Source: Lama glama
Lineage: Eukaryota
Direction of reading: 5' to 3'
Assembly (NCBI GenBank): GCA_028534125.1
Contig: CM052832.1
Span: 21,578,001-21,642,000, forward strand
Length of the DNA: 64,000 bases
Made by a program: the position numbers and the translations under genes. Positions 47,851-62,200 of this stretch are shown here, piece after piece (within the stretch, counting starts at the first letter, position 1; every line of letters starts with the position of its first letter). The notes under the pieces are model-generated. The model ran no database searches and had not been told where the DNA came from. It saw only the letters and a program-made list of their open reading frames with translations.

Positions 47851-49664
47851 CTCCAGGACTCTGATTTGAAGTGCTCCCATACACACCCTGCTGGGGAGGA
47901 ATCATGACAGCACCTCACTTGAATATCTAAACCAAAGTGGTTAGGTCCATAAGATACTTAAGTTTAGCATTTCTTTCTTTGGCTCCTTTTTTTATAAACA
48001 TTGTAATACCTGTGAATTTGCTAGAGTTCCTTTCTTTCAAAAAGAGCAAAACTTAGTTGAAGGTATGAGGCTATCTCCAACACAACCAACTTACACATTC
48101 CTGTCTGAAATTTTGGGAGAATGAGCCTTTTAGGGCAGCCAGGTAGTGCCATAAAAAACTCAGAAAACCTGAGACTGACTTGCCCATTAAATATATGTGA
48201 AATAGAAGCAAAACAAAACTTCTTAGGTCTTTGAAAACAAGGAAAGACAGACTGATTTCTAAGCTGCCTCCCAATTCCACATGTTCATGATCATATTTAT
48301 TAATATGATCCAACCCCACATACCTTATTCCTTAATTTTTTTTTCTTTTCTTTTTTTTGGGGGGAGGTAAAGAATGAAAGAAAAAGAGAAGCATTTGTGT
48401 CTGATGAGGTTAGCACCACAGCTATGAAGACTTCTGAACAGTATCATTAAGGATATTGCTGTTAAAGAATCATTTTTACTTTGGAAATAAAATATTTGGG
48501 GGGTAGAGAAGGAAAGAGAAAACGGCCACTGTATAAATAAAATGCTTTGAAAAAAGGTGGAAGGGTAACAAAATCTAAGCTAGCAGTAACTTTTAAGATT
48601 CCTTCCTCAATGCTACTTGAAGTTAGTGAATTAAATGGCCATATTGCTATTTAGTATCTCCTAGTGGCCTGCTGGAGTATGAAATATTTTGAAGGATAGG
48701 CTTAAATAGATATTTTGCCTGCCACTGTATAGATGATGACTCCTATATACACCCAATTAGTAGAGAAAGGAAAAAAAAACCCTATTTTTTAAATCACCAT
48801 AATGCACTCTGCACAAGACAGCAGTTAGTCACGTCCAACAGCAGACGCACAGGCTACCGCTACAACCAAGTGACTTCAAAGGCTTCCGGCAAAGGTATAA
48901 TTTAAGTTTCACGTATCTAATCATAGCCTAAATCACTAATATTTATACCATTTGGCTTCCAGTCTATTTTTTTTAAATGCAAAACGAAACTCCTTTAGAA
49001 ACTCCAGTTCTGTCCACAGCACCTGAGGCAGCAGTAGAAAGATCAGCACATGGGATCTTCACTAGGAACAGAAAATGATACATCAGCAATGTTGTAACAA
49101 ATGGGCAACACCTACAGGCATAGGTCCTCTGTAAACTAAGAGAGAGAAAAAAAGAAAAGGAGCAACCCTACAATAGGGACAACAGAAACGAGTTAAAAAC
49201 CAAACCCAAACCCAAACCAAAAGACACCTAACAAATAAGGCAGATGACAGAAGACAAAGCGAAAGAGAGAAAATAAGGGAGGCCAGGTATAACCCCTCTT
49301 TGGCCACCAAGAAAACACACCTAGTTTATGTGTGGATGTAATGTCATTTAAATTAAATAACCTGGGAATGTAGACCAAAGACAGCTTACTTCTTATCTTT
49401 ACAAAGAAAACCTTTATCATGATAAATAACACAAAGGTATGACTAGAAACAAAATAATAATGTATAAACTTGTATTTTTCAATTTTAGGCCATTAAAAGT
49501 TTGCTTGCTCCAAGAGTTCATTCTTACCAAAAGCACCCAATATCATAATACCTGGAAAAGGGTAGATAATCCTTCTATTTTATATCTAAGTTTAGTTTTT
49601 ACTGCTTGGATAGAAGCTTATTCTATTAATTTGTTTTTCCTCCTTTCATTCATTATGTCTTTTT

Positions 49665-49915
49665 TCCCCCCTAAATTGAAGCATAATCACTTTACAATGT
49701 TGTGTTAATTTCTAGTGTACAGCATGGTTATTTGGTTATATGTGTGTGTGTGTGTGTGTATATATTCCTTTTCATATTCTTTTTCATTATAGGCTATTAC
49801 AAAGTATTAAAGATAGCTCCCTGTGCTATGGAGTAGGACCTTGTTGTTTACCTATTTTATGTACAGTAGTTAGTATCTGAAAACCCCAAACTCCTATTTT
49901 ATCCCTCCACCCCCT
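49665..49915 (-). mobile_element. Young L1 3' tail containing (TG)n
   Basis: tttacaatgttgtgttaatttctagtgtacagcat...cattataggctattacaa...ccctgtgctatggagtaggacc. Confidence 0.88.
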
Positions 49916-51169
49916 CAATATTTTAATAACATTTTTATAAGAATACAAGGTGACATGAAATAAACAGACATAAGCAAAAACTGCAACATAAACATATTTA
50001 TGCTTTAAGGATCAACTTTGGTTCCAGCGTTTTCTTTTAGGTAATCAGCACCAAATTAGTTCATTTGGCATCAGTGTTTATTTTTTCTCAGCAGCTCTTA
50101 TAGCAAAAAACAAAGATGAAACCCTATCTTGACACATAGTGTGGATCAAACAGAGCCTGTCTGCATGTACTTGACTAAATTATTAAATTTATTCCCTTGG
50201 CTTGATATTATTTCTAGACAAATAATCTTGGGCTCTTTTTTTAGCTATCTAAACAAAGTCCTATTAATCCACACTTCTCTTAAGCAGTGAATATTCTACC
50301 AATTTGTTCGAAGAAGGTGTAAATTCACTCTGCCCTTTCTGCTGCTGTACCAAATACTGCAATGGCTTACCCAAGGGAGATTGTACAGAAAAAGCAGAGA
50401 CTCCTTTTTGACCCCTGCTGGCAATCAATTTATGGCCTCAAGCACAGAGCTTGCTAGCCCTTGCAATTCTATATTAGCTTTTGTAACTCTTGATATTATT
50501 CTTATTCATATAAATGTCAAATTCCTATTGGTAACCTGACCTTAAAGTGTTCATAACCTCAGTTTACACCCTTTAAAACATCTCAGAATGGAGGAATTAA
50601 ATTTTATATATTTTAAATTAAACACCCAAGAAAGGAAATTAAGAAGAACAGTTTTTTGCTGCTAAACACAGGACCCCATGCTGTGTGAAGGTTGATCATT
50701 TAAGAAATGTAAAATAGCTTGGAAGAACCAGCTATCTTACAGTAATAATGATGAAATCACTGTCTTTCAATAAAGAGGGTCAGCAGTGAAGAATGAGACA
50801 AACCAGAGCTAGGAACGGAATTTCCAAGGCTATTTTCTGTAGGATACAATTATTTTGCCTTAAAATACGGTGCATTGTCGGTGTGAGGCTGCTGGGAGTA
50901 GGCTGTATGCACTGAATCAAAGCATAACGACAGTCATTGTTACCCTTTCCCTGCGTCCTGCTGCATTTAGCTGATGATGCAATTGTAAGGACTCGAAAGA
51001 GGCAAGTGCACTGGCCTCTGGCTCCCTTGACCTGGGACAAGCATTCTGCCCTAGCCAGCAAGCCTCTGCTATCCTTGCTGCAGGCTCTTCTACTTCACAT
51101 CCTTCACATCCCATAGCACGTATGAGCCCTATGACAACCACAGAAATCCTTCACTCAGTGAAGACGGAA

Positions 51170-52110
51170 GGGGTTTATGTTGGAGGCACCACAGTAAGTG
51201 CTGGAGATGCACACGTGGAAAGACTCGTGAAGTTGTACGCGGTGGGAAGGCAAACACACGCACAAACACAGAACCATGTGGTAAGTGCCACCATGGAGAC
51301 AAACTATAAAAGATTATGCATGTAAAATAATCTTTTACAGTTCCTGGCGGGGCAAATCAGTAAGTGTTCGGTGGTCTAACTGCTACTATTGTTGCTTCTT
51401 ATACTGAAGGCAAGGGAGAGCTATGGAAGAATTTTGATGAAAAAAATACAAAGTCTGTATTTTAGAAAGAATACTTCTGGCCGTGAGGTGAAGGATGGGT
51501 TGGAGGGAGTGAGCCTGGGGTTTGGGAAGGGATTTAGGGAGCAACACAATTCCAAGAACTTCCTTAGTGAGGGCAGTGACCGTGGGGATAAGGACGCAGA
51601 CAGGAGTCACGGGAAAGATCAAGTTCATGGGACCTGGTGATGGATTGGACTGGGTGGGAAAAGGTGAGAGGGAAGTCCAGAAAAACTGCTTCTGATCTGC
51701 ATTGATGGATAGTGGGGCAGGAGGAGCAGGGGTGAAAGGTGGGGACTGAGCGCTTGAGGGACATTCAAGTGGAGAGTTCTCATTCAAAAGCAGCCTGATA
51801 GATGCCTTGTGTGAGAGTCGGGGGAAGGGAGGGGGGAGAAGAGGACTGACCGGGACTGAAACTGATTCAAGGAGGAGGGGGTTGGCAACATAAGGGAGAA
51901 GAAAATGCAGGATGAAGACTGCCTGCTGGAGTCTTCCTTCAGGAATCTAACAAGAGCAGCCATCATGAAGGAGAGCGAGGATCAAAGAGGGGATGGAAAG
52001 CGGGGAGGGAGGGAGAGGGGCAGGCAGAAGGGGCGGGCGCTCTTCAGGGAAACGGGGCCATGAGGAGGCAGGAATTGCCCTGTAACAGGCAAATGCAGGC
52101 TCAGAAAGGG
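51170..52110 (-). mobile_element. L2 fragments
   Basis: taagtgctggagatgca; purine-rich gaagaattttgatgaaaaaa...ttttagaaaga...gagggacattcaagtggag. Confidence 0.65.
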
Positions 52111-53059
52111 GGTCCTGGAGAACAGGAATAACTGGAAAGCAGAAAAGACTGAAACTTATCAAGAGAAAGCTAAGAAAAGAAAAAAATGCACTTTTTCAGT
52201 TAGACTGGAATTTAAAGCAATTCAGCTCATCCTTTTTATTTATAGATGAGGGAATGCTACCTTACACTCTGCCACTACCACGAGAAGCAGCAGCAGGAAG
52301 CCCCGAATTCTCCACTCTACAAAACATTTGCTAGTAAGTGGAACTAGGCATGTCAATACACATTTAAAGGGAGAATTGCCTCTAATAAATCACAATAAAA
52401 ATATCTTAACAAAGAATTAATAAATGACCAGGTTGCATTATTCTCTTTAGGTTTCAAGACTCTTTACATTTAAAAAAAATTCTTACTCATTCAATCTAAG
52501 TTCTCTTTTATGCAGATAACTGACAAAAAAGAAAAAATACCTTGAAAGGCTTTAACAAATGTATACGTTCCAATATGAATATCACCAGGGACAGGAGAAT
52601 ATAGTTTCTATACCTTATAGAATAAAGAGCAGGCTTGGAATTACAGATCTCTCACATATTCTCTGCTCTTTAGTTTCTCAACCTAAAACATGGCAATAGC
52701 ATCATAAACTTGCAGGCTTATTGTGAGCATTGAATGAAATCATGAATTTAAAAGCATCTAATAGCTATAAAAGGCACTCTACTTAGAGCCGTGCTTCTTG
52801 AACTATTTGTGAGGAATAACCAGTTTTCCTTCCAATTTATTACAGACAGCTACATTTCTAAAACACAAAGTGAATAACTAAAAAATACATCATAAATTTG
52901 ATATCTTTGGAATGTTAAATTACTAGAAAATCTAAGTGCTTACTTTCAATTTCAGTAATAATCTCGTACCTTGATGACAAGGAGTTTGCAAATGTGCGCT
53001 TGTCTATAAAGCAACTTTTGAGCAGCACTTGGCGGAGAGCGTGGCCTGCGAGATGGCAG

Positions 53060-53335
53060 ACCACAGCAGTTAAAAAGCGCCAGCTCTGGTGCTAGACAAC
53101 CAGGGTTCACAGCTTCCCCATCGCCTACTATCTACGTAACTTCAAGCTCTCTGTTGTCTGAGTTTCTTCATCTAAAAAATGTGACTGTCAACAATACATT
53201 TTATGTTGTCATTGTTTTTTCTTCCTTTTAAATAATTTGTGCTTTCAGGGGGCTATCATAAGAATTAAATGAGTTTATAAACCAATCTGAACAGTGACTG
53301 GGACATTTTTTAGGGCTCAATAAATATTAGTAATT
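53060..53335 (+). mobile_element. MIR SINE (interrupted)
   Basis: ctctggtgctagacaaccagggttc...tgagtttcttcatctaaaaaatg...agaattaaatgag...gctcaataaatattag. Confidence 0.78.
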
Positions 53336-54834
53336 AATACTATCAGTTAGTGAGTAATAAGATAGATACAAAAAGTCATGACTCTAAGGGTAAATATTTT
53401 TATGTAAATGCTGTTTTTTGTATTTGTATATTTTGTTGTTTTTTACTTGGAAAAAAATGGAGATTTATTTTAGCTTACAGAAAGGGAAAACATACATCTT
53501 TTATGCATGAAAATATTGCTTTAACGTGTATTAAAATGTAATAAACAGTTTTTTTAAGCTTCCCATGTACTAGAATTCTTAACATTGCAAAGAATTTCCC
53601 ATCAAATTCAGTTTCTTTTATCACTAATAGAAAAATTCAGGGAATGACATTATAAAAGTTAAGATGAATTCTGATTTTTTAAGAAAAAAATTCTTCAAAA
53701 TTTAATTACATCATCATTCTTGAAAGCACAAATTATTTAAAAGAAAGAAAAAAAGAATGAAACCCAATTAGAACACACTAGATAAGACAACGTAATCAAT
53801 TTTTTTCAAAGAAAAACTCAAAAGAATATTTTTTTCAATGATACAATTAAAAATTAAACCACAATACATTAGGAAACAATATGAAAAGGAGTCATTGTAC
53901 AGTTGAATTAAAATTCTGTTTTCTAAAAGGCATTTGATGCTGGGTCTTATTTACATGGTTAGGCTAAAAACAAGTGGCTTGAAATAATAATTAACAGAAA
54001 AGAAATCTGTTCATTTTAAAGGCTATTAACAAGAAACCACTGATTTCATTGATCAAAACAGATTAGTTTAAAAAGAAAATTCTTTTAAGAATTTAAGACA
54101 TCTAAAATAAACAAAAGCAAAAGCACATCATGCAAATAACCTCACACAAATCAGAGGGAATACTGGGATAGAAATAAGCTTGCACAGACAAACAGACGGA
54201 ACAAGTGATTTTTCTCCTTGTTATCTCTTCTGGTCTAACATGAAAATATTTAGCATTTCTGGCAGAACACTAACTCCAGTGCACTAGCATTCTGAATTGG
54301 AGGTGGCAGCAGAAGAAATATATGTTTCTTTGCATCGAGTTTTTAATCTAGTGTGACGGAAGCAGTGGATAGAAGGCTATGCCATAGAAGGTTTGGAACC
54401 ACAAGAGGGGATTCACCATGAGGTCCAGGCAATTGCTAATACGTAAGAAAGGACACCAGGGACTAGAAAAATGGAGGTAACAATGATTTTTGTTTGATAT
54501 TAGAAAGAAACAAACAAACAAAAAAACTAGAAGCTAAATTTCTTTAAGTCTTAAATGGCATTTTCTGATAATCACTCAGAATAGACAACTGATCACATGC
54601 CAAAATATTGTTTAGTTTGTGAGGTGGTTTCAGCAATATGTACATTTAAAAAAATGAAACCACTATGCCTGCCAGCAACAATAAAAAAATAGTTATCAAT
54701 TGGCTCATGTGCAAAACCAGGTACGACACCCAAGAGAAAAATAACAAGATGCTTAGAATCATGATGACAAATTCACTTCTTTTTAAGGGGCAGTTATCAA
54801 ACTTCAACATGAAAACTTTTTTAAAAGTACATGT

Positions 54835-56657
54835 CGTGGCAGAGCTTGGTAGTGACACCTGCACATCTATTCCTTCCACTTTCCACAGAAATAGATTACT
54901 CGCTAGACACATGGATGCCTGAAAGAAATTATTATTTTTCATCTTCCTCTGTAGCTAGGGATGGCCATGGTGTAATCAATGAGATATAAATGGAAGTGTC
55001 ATGTAACAACTTCTAAGAAAGTAACTTTTGAAGGAAGGAGGGGTACACCTTTTTTCAATTCTTTCTCCTCTTTGTTGTCTGGAATGCAGACTTGATGGAT
55101 GGATTTTAAGCAGCCAACATGGCCCATGACACAGAAACTCACATTGAGGATAGCAGAGCGACAGAACAGAATCCTGGGTCCTTGCTACTGTGGACCATCC
55201 TACCAGCACAGGATTACTACCTCCCAATTTTTTTTTTTAACGTGAAAGGGTAATATACATCTACCTTCTTTGAGATATTGTTTTATGCTTTTGACCATTC
55301 ACAGCCCAAACCAATCCTATCTAAACTAGAGTGCTCCATGTAACAGAACCTGAATGGATGGCATTAGTTGAGCTGGATAGCAGCAGGTAGGAGGAACTCA
55401 TACTGCAGGCTGGAAAGCAAACTAATGTTATATGTTGGCAAAATATCTGGTCATATTGTCACCTGCTGAACCTTGGAAGATAGACCCAGTGTTAGGTAAG
55501 TCTGGAACAGTGGAAGTGTTACAAACGGTTCAGAACCTTAAATACTAGCTGGCTCCTTCTCCNNNNNNNNNNNNNNNNNNNNNNNNNNNNNNNNNNNNNN
55601 NNNNNNNNNNNNNNNNNNNNNNNNNNNNNNNNNNNNNNNNNNNNNNNNNNNNNNNNNNNNNNAAATGGGTTGCCAAAGATACACCAGGATGGTCTGCACA
55701 GCATGTGACTGCACAACTCTTAAAGCAATTCCCATGTCTCAAATCAGCACCACAAGGAAGCAGGCATGGAAGGATTAGAACCCAGCCAGAAGATCATAGT
55801 CCCTAGGCCTATCACAGATATGGCCATGACGGACAACCGGCTAGAGAGTTTCTCTCACAGAGTGAAATCAAAGCTCATCAGATGGGAGAGCTAAAGAATG
55901 CCCTTTCTACCAAGCAGGATTTGTTATAATACCCATCGAATATGTGTGTTTCATAGTCTCCCATTTTTCAAATGGGAATTTAAAAAAATTATAATTATCT
56001 TATTTTTACTTCATTTTAAATGGGCAGTTTGGTGTTGCCCTTTAGTTTATAGCCATCAGTCCATAGAAAGCCACAGCTGGACCTTCTGAAAAGGACAGAG
56101 CATCAACGTTATCACAGTACAACAGGACAGGGTAATTATGTGGGGCTGGGTTATCTCTCTCAGACAAAGGCTAAAGTCCTGTCAAATGAGACAGACTAAG
56201 GCAGAGACTACCAATTGTTCCCCACTATCTCACCTCCTCTTATTTCCAACAGAACGCTTTGTTTTTAAATGGGAACAAGGCCACTCAAAATAAACACTGT
56301 ATTGCTTAGCCTTTCTTTCTGCTAAGTGCAGACCTGTGACTAGGTTCCGACCAACTGGAGATAATTAAAGTGACATGTGGCTTTCAGAGAGTATTTAAAG
56401 GGATGGAACATATACTCTTCTCTGCCCCTCACTTTCATATAGACTGGGATGCAAATTTGATGGCTGGAGCTCAAGCAGCTATCTTGGACCATGAGATAAA
56501 AGCTGTATCTTGACTGCATCCCTCATATGCTGAAGCCTTAAAATGCCCTACTGCCTGCCTAGTTCTGGTCTTCATTTATACAGCTGAAAAAATAAACTTC
56601 TACTTTCTTTATGCCATTACTTTTCCTGTCACTTGCAGACAAACCAAACTATAACTT
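54835..56657 (+). mobile_element. MaLR element MLT1J-like: LTR (~54835-55328), internal region, LTR (~56197-56657)
   Basis: Two homologous LTRs (ctggaatgcagacttgatgg...agcagccaacatggcccatga and ctgggatgcaaatttgatggctggagctcaagcagctatcttggaccatgag) around MLT1-int-like sequence (gcaggctggaaa...ttgtcacctgc). Confidence 0.75.
55563..55662. other. Assembly gap (100 N)
   Basis: Run of N. Confidence 0.99.
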
Positions 56658-57984
56658 TTATATACATAAATATACATTTGTGTGTGTGTAATCTAGTTAA
56701 AGTCTTTCCTATACTAGTAGGTTTTATTATGTCATAGACAAAGTCAAACCTAAAAAGTATAATTGTCTAAAGAAAAGAAATTGGCTTTCATGTAAGACCT
56801 GTAATTCAGTATTTCTTTCTTATTCATGGGAAGCCTATAATAAATATTTAAGCTCATTCCCACCCACCATGCCAGAATTAACACTGGAGTTCTACTATAT
56901 TTATCAAACATCATAGTTAAAAGTATTTATGTAATAGTAACCCTGATTTAAGAATACCAGTCCCTAGAAGACAGTTACCAAGTTTTACTAATCTCAATAC
57001 GCTTTACCTAACAAGTGCCTGACATACATTCCATAACCAATTAATAATAGTTGAATAAATACAAGACTTTGGATCCTTTGAAATTAATATTAATTCACAG
57101 AGATGTTTTTGATCTTATTTCCAGAACTTGAATTGGTCAGATTTTCATAATCTGAGATTCAAACTTTAAAAACAATTATGGGTTACATTACCTAGTCTTT
57201 TCCCTACTGTTTGCTGTTAACTTAGTTTTAGTACCTTTCAGATATTACTGCAAAATCTAAGAGAATAGTCAAAATTACAGGCACTACACATGCTCCTTTG
57301 ATTTCTTGTTATTGATAAGAATACAAAGTCCTCGATATAATAATGAGGACTCAAGACGTGTCCATGAGAGGATGGTGACAAGGGTGAATACGGGGAGGCG
57401 AGAGTGACCAATAACCAACTCTCTCTCCTCATGCAGCAGCAAGTGAGGGAATACAGTGTTAAGAATTGAGGCTGTTTATGAGCAGGAGTTTGAGCTGGAT
57501 ATTTAATATTCTTGGCTCTAGGAAAAAGGATAAATAGGAGGTAGACATGAGGACTGACAAAGGGTTTGAAACACAGGAGGTTATGTAAGGTGATAGTTCT
57601 GCAACACATAACCATTAGTCCAGCATTTTATTTACTTGTATACACACTGCATGAGGAAGGTGCAGTTTACTGTTAAAGATGCGCTTACAGGTAAGCTACT
57701 TGTTAACTTCTCTTTGTAGGTTTCCTCCACGCAGTCACATTCAAACCCAGCTTAGCACCCCCTTAACCCAGAGACTCTCCACCTGGATGGGGAGCCAAAA
57801 AGAGGGGATACTGACTACAGAAAAATGTATTAAATTTATAAGAGAAGGCATCTATAATTTTTAAATTTCTGTTTAATAGGATAGTATAATTTCTAATTGG
57901 AAAATTGTCATCATCCCTAATGTTTCTAAAAATTATTCTCTCTGGAAAAGATAGATGCCATGACCGAAGTGAATAAAGTTTAGA

Positions 57985-58205
57985 GGATCACAGGCTGGAG
58001 CCTGCATCTAAATCTGCCAGTAACATGGGGCAAGTCACTTAACCTCTATGTGCCATAAGTTCCTCACCTGTAGCATCGGGGTAAGAATATTTCCTATCCA
58101 GTGTGCATCAGGCGAAAATTAAATGAGTTAACCCCTGTAAAGTAACTGGCACATTACTTTCAACATATTACATGCTCAATAAACACTGTCTCATAATTAT
58201 TGTTA
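57985..58205 (+). mobile_element. MIR SINE
   Basis: gggcaagtcacttaacctctatgtgcc...aaattaaatgagttaa...tgctcaataaac. Confidence 0.82.
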
Positions 58206-58689
58206 GCTACTAGCCAGTGGGGGTTCAGAGAACACAGAATCTCTAAGAAGGCAGAGTATTCTGTTCCACTAAAGGGAACATATCAGTTTCTCTGCAAATC
58301 TCAGAGGATGTTCTTCCGTATGAAAAGAGAACTTTAATTAAAGCAGACTGAGAAATACTACTCTAAGCCTTAATCTCACTGGTTCCAGAGTAAGCGCGGT
58401 TCTTTGACAAAATCGTATTATCCCGGCTTCCTGCTCCTGGGCCTCTGGATGCCATGTACACGGTGCAGCCAGACGGGGGTCGAGGAGGACAAATGCAGCA
58501 TCATGCTAGGACTGTGCAGTAATCAACAGAGGACCAGAAAGGCTGGCTCCCATCTTAGCCATTACCTCAGCTCAGTATTTGACAAAGAACGTAACCTAAC
58601 AATAGCTTTGTTTTGTTTTTTCCCTCACAGAACCCAGAGCACCGAGCCCCACGTCTGCTTACAGGAGGCAACTCTAATTGCCATTTGAC

Positions 58690-59215
58690 CCTTACCATTT
58701 TTGTTTTCCTAAAACTGCAACATCCCTGGGCTTCCATGGTGTCACTCCCTCCCGGGTCCCCTCCTATGCTGGCCTGACCCTGCCGTTTCAACCTCTGTCC
58801 CGGATCCTTTCCTTTCCCATCACTCAAGTACTGGCGCTCCCGAGATGCCTTTCTCCTGGAGGATCTCATCGCCCACAGCTTCATCTGCTGCCCACACACT
58901 GATGGCCCTTTCTCTCTACACTCCCGTCGCCCCCAGGGGCTGCTCACCCTTATTTTCTACAGGCCATAGGAGCTCTTGGGTTTTCTACACGGGCACTGCA
59001 GATTCAGTATATCCAAAACAAAGCTGTTATCTTTCCCACCCAAACTCCTCCTTCTCCTGTCTTGGTTAACTACATCATCCTCTACTGTGTCTAGAGACAA
59101 AACATCAAGGAGCCATCAGTGATGCTCACGCCTACCTTCCTCCTCTTCCCCTCCAACCACACACTGCAAATTTTATCTCAATATTTGCTGAATCCGACTC
59201 ATCATCTCTGTCCCT
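58690..59215 (+). mobile_element. L2 internal fragment
   Basis: Pyrimidine-rich ctgggcttccatggtgtcactccctcccggg...gatctcatcgcccacagcttc...cagtatatccaaaac. Confidence 0.65.
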
Positions 59216-62200
59216 AGAGAGATATGACTTAGATGAGAACAACAACACAGTATGATCATTGGGTTCCAGCTCAAGACTAACATGACCTGAGTTTTCATCA
59301 AGGTTCTGTCACTAACTGCATGACCATGGGGAAATCGCTTAACCTCCTTGAGCCTTAAGGATTTAATAAGCTAACACATGCAATGCCCTCAAAGTAGTAA
59401 TGGGCACAAAAGTAAAACTCAGAAATATTAGTTACCGGTTTTCTTACTGTTAGCATGTGAAGTGTTGATATTGGTATTGTTACTGTTCCAATTATTATAG
59501 TGCTGGGCATAAAACTGATAAATGAAAAAGTGAATCATTTAGTTACCATGTATTATTAGTGTTGGAAGGAAGCCTGTTTCACAGGCCAAACTGAGGAGCT
59601 AGTCCCATTGTACGTTAAGTCAGTATGGGATTTCAACAAGTCTTTTTAACCATGTGAACTGTGACCATCACTTTAAAGTACAGATTAAAAATACCTAGCC
59701 TACATATTCGCCTAGGTTTTTGTGACAACATCATGACAATATGTGAGCCCTGTGGAATAAAAGTAGCACTCCAAAAGGAAAAATGCTTACTATTAGTATA
59801 TGACTTCATAGATATGTGACCCTTATGTTTACAACAAAACACTGAGATGAAGAAAACATACAGGGGATTAAGGGAAGGTAGCTTCTGAGTTTCTGAAAAA
59901 AAAAATCATAATACAAGAAAAGGTAGAAAAAGATTAGGGAAGATGAGATTTCTTTCTTTACCAAGCTAGAAGGAAAATTTAAGTCAATAGAAAATTTAAT
60001 TACCTTCAACCAATAAATCAAACTTAGGGGAATCCCCAAATAATATGGTATTTAGCACATGATGTGAACATCTTCCAAATGTAAATACAATCTTGGGTTG
60101 CAAAAGGAAAAAATTAGTGTTTTTCTACTAGATAACTGTTCCAATTGTATGTATTCATTCTCTTGAAAAAATTTAACAGTAGCAAGGGAGGGAAGGGAAA
60201 AGAACAGAACTTCACTACCTCAGAAAGAAATCTGACGAAAGATAAAAGCATGAACAAGACCCGAGGGACTCCCCAAACAACAACCCAGTTAAAGATACTA
60301 AAAATGAGGAAGTAAAGCCAGAAAACATCTTTGAGGGAAGTGTTTGCCTAAATTATTTTGGAGGTGGTTATTCAGTGAACAGAAACACATCTGGAAATGC
60401 ATCTGGAAGAAAACTCAGTTATTGAATCGTTGCTGAATAGTTCTTTTTATTTGCAATGTTCTTTTCTTCTATTCTGACAAACATTGCTATTTATGTTTCC
60501 AAGCCGTTAGGAATAAAGCTAGACAGAGGGGAAAAAAAAACAGAATAAAATACAAATTTAACCTCACTTGTCTTTTATCAGATTGTGCTCCAGGACGAAC
60601 ACGTGGATGATTGGGACCGATGAAAGGGAGAAAAAGAATGTAGGATGTTAATGAGTTAGCATCACTGTTTTTTTTTTTGCAGACAGACTGGAAAAGGAGG
60701 TCACAGGACAGGCTGGACAGAGAGATAACTCTGGGATGCTCTTAGAGACATCATCCTGCCAAAGTGACCCTGGCTTCGTGGCCCTGTGCCCCTCCACCGT
60801 CTGAGTGTACAGGGCAGAGATCAGAGGATGGAACTTTCTGTGCAAGGCGGCCACTTCCCCTCAAATATGTTCTTCCCACTAAAATGTTCCTCTTCACCCG
60901 AGTGCCCGTTAGTTACTGGTTGTGGCATTTCACTTGGAAATCTCTGGGTGTGTAAATGGGTACTTCAGGGCTAAAAGGGTTAGTGTCCTGTGGGAAACAA
61001 GAGGAATTAATCCAGAAGTACGTAGTACATTGACAAATGATCATGGCAAATTCTGAGACAAATGATATCATAGAAGTAAAGGTCAAGACAAGGCTGCTAC
61101 AGTATGGTGCAACTTAATTTAGATACGTGCAACTTGCAAGCAAGAACACAACTGGGCATTACTTCATTCCAATTTTACTGACTGAGGGAGATGGATCTTG
61201 TCTCCCAAGTTTAAGATCTAGTAAACATACACCAAAAGGCCACTGGACTGCTAACAAAATAATCTGTGTCAACAGTTAGGTCTTTTGATATACAAACCAT
61301 TTCATTTCTTAAACTGTATCTATCAAAGGGACATTCTTAGATATTTCTTTCTTACTTTCATGTGTGAATTGGAAGGCTCAGTGATTCTTCTGCCGAGCAT
61401 TAGAACATATGCTTGAGAGAAGAACTTTCGTGCTGCACCAATTTTTAAAAAAACCGATGTGAATATATGTTGGGGAGTGAATGAGTACATTCAATGCTGC
61501 TCAAATGGGGAAAACCCAATTAAAGTTTATGTCCAAGGCCCCAAGGTCCTGGGAGCCCTAATTATATCCTCCTTACATACCAGAGTGAAAAACCTTCTCA
61601 ATGGGAAAGGAAGTCTTTAAAACTACATGAGAAAGCAAAAATTAATGATTCGAGTTTTAAACTTGTTTTAATCCCAGTATTATGTGAAAAAGGTAACAGA
61701 GAAGGCAGGTAAGTGACCTGTAATAAAAGCAGTAAAATTTATGAGGTCTTTACTAAAAATTATAAAAACATACATCTCTCTAAAACCAGAATCACATCTC
61801 TTGCTTTTGTTCTGTGTAGTTTTCCTCCATATCCCTCCAAAGCCCATCATGTATTTTAAGGAATCATCTTATCCCTTTAAATAAAAACATCAAATTACTT
61901 AGTTAATTTTCCAACTGGATTAATCAATCTGAATAGAATCGTTTCCGTCATGAGTGTCTGCTCATGACCAGCTGTTTTAAATTAGTATATTAAGTAATTG
62001 AGACACTTTTCTTTGCAAAGGTTGCATGATTTAATAAATTCCCATATGCCCCAACATGTGCCAGCACTACGAGGTTATCTCCAATCCAGCTGCTGTTATG
62101 ATAGGAGCTGCCAACTTTCAGCCAACTGAAGAGAATAATGAATCAGCTGCAAGTTGGCTCGTATGTGAACTTCTTCTGCTCCCAGCTAAAACACAGGCCA

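Noticed and set aside
10305..49915. Apparent loss of AATAAA in all gene-sense young L1 tails (selection against premature polyadenylation)
   Set aside because: The copy at 36.3 kb has a gene-strand AATAAA ~20 nt before its tail (36331-36336), some antisense copies also lack the signal, and the sample is too small.
53041..53060. CTCF-like ctgcgagatggcag
   Set aside because: Mismatches in the most conserved 5' core positions and adjacent to a MIR edge; too weak without data.
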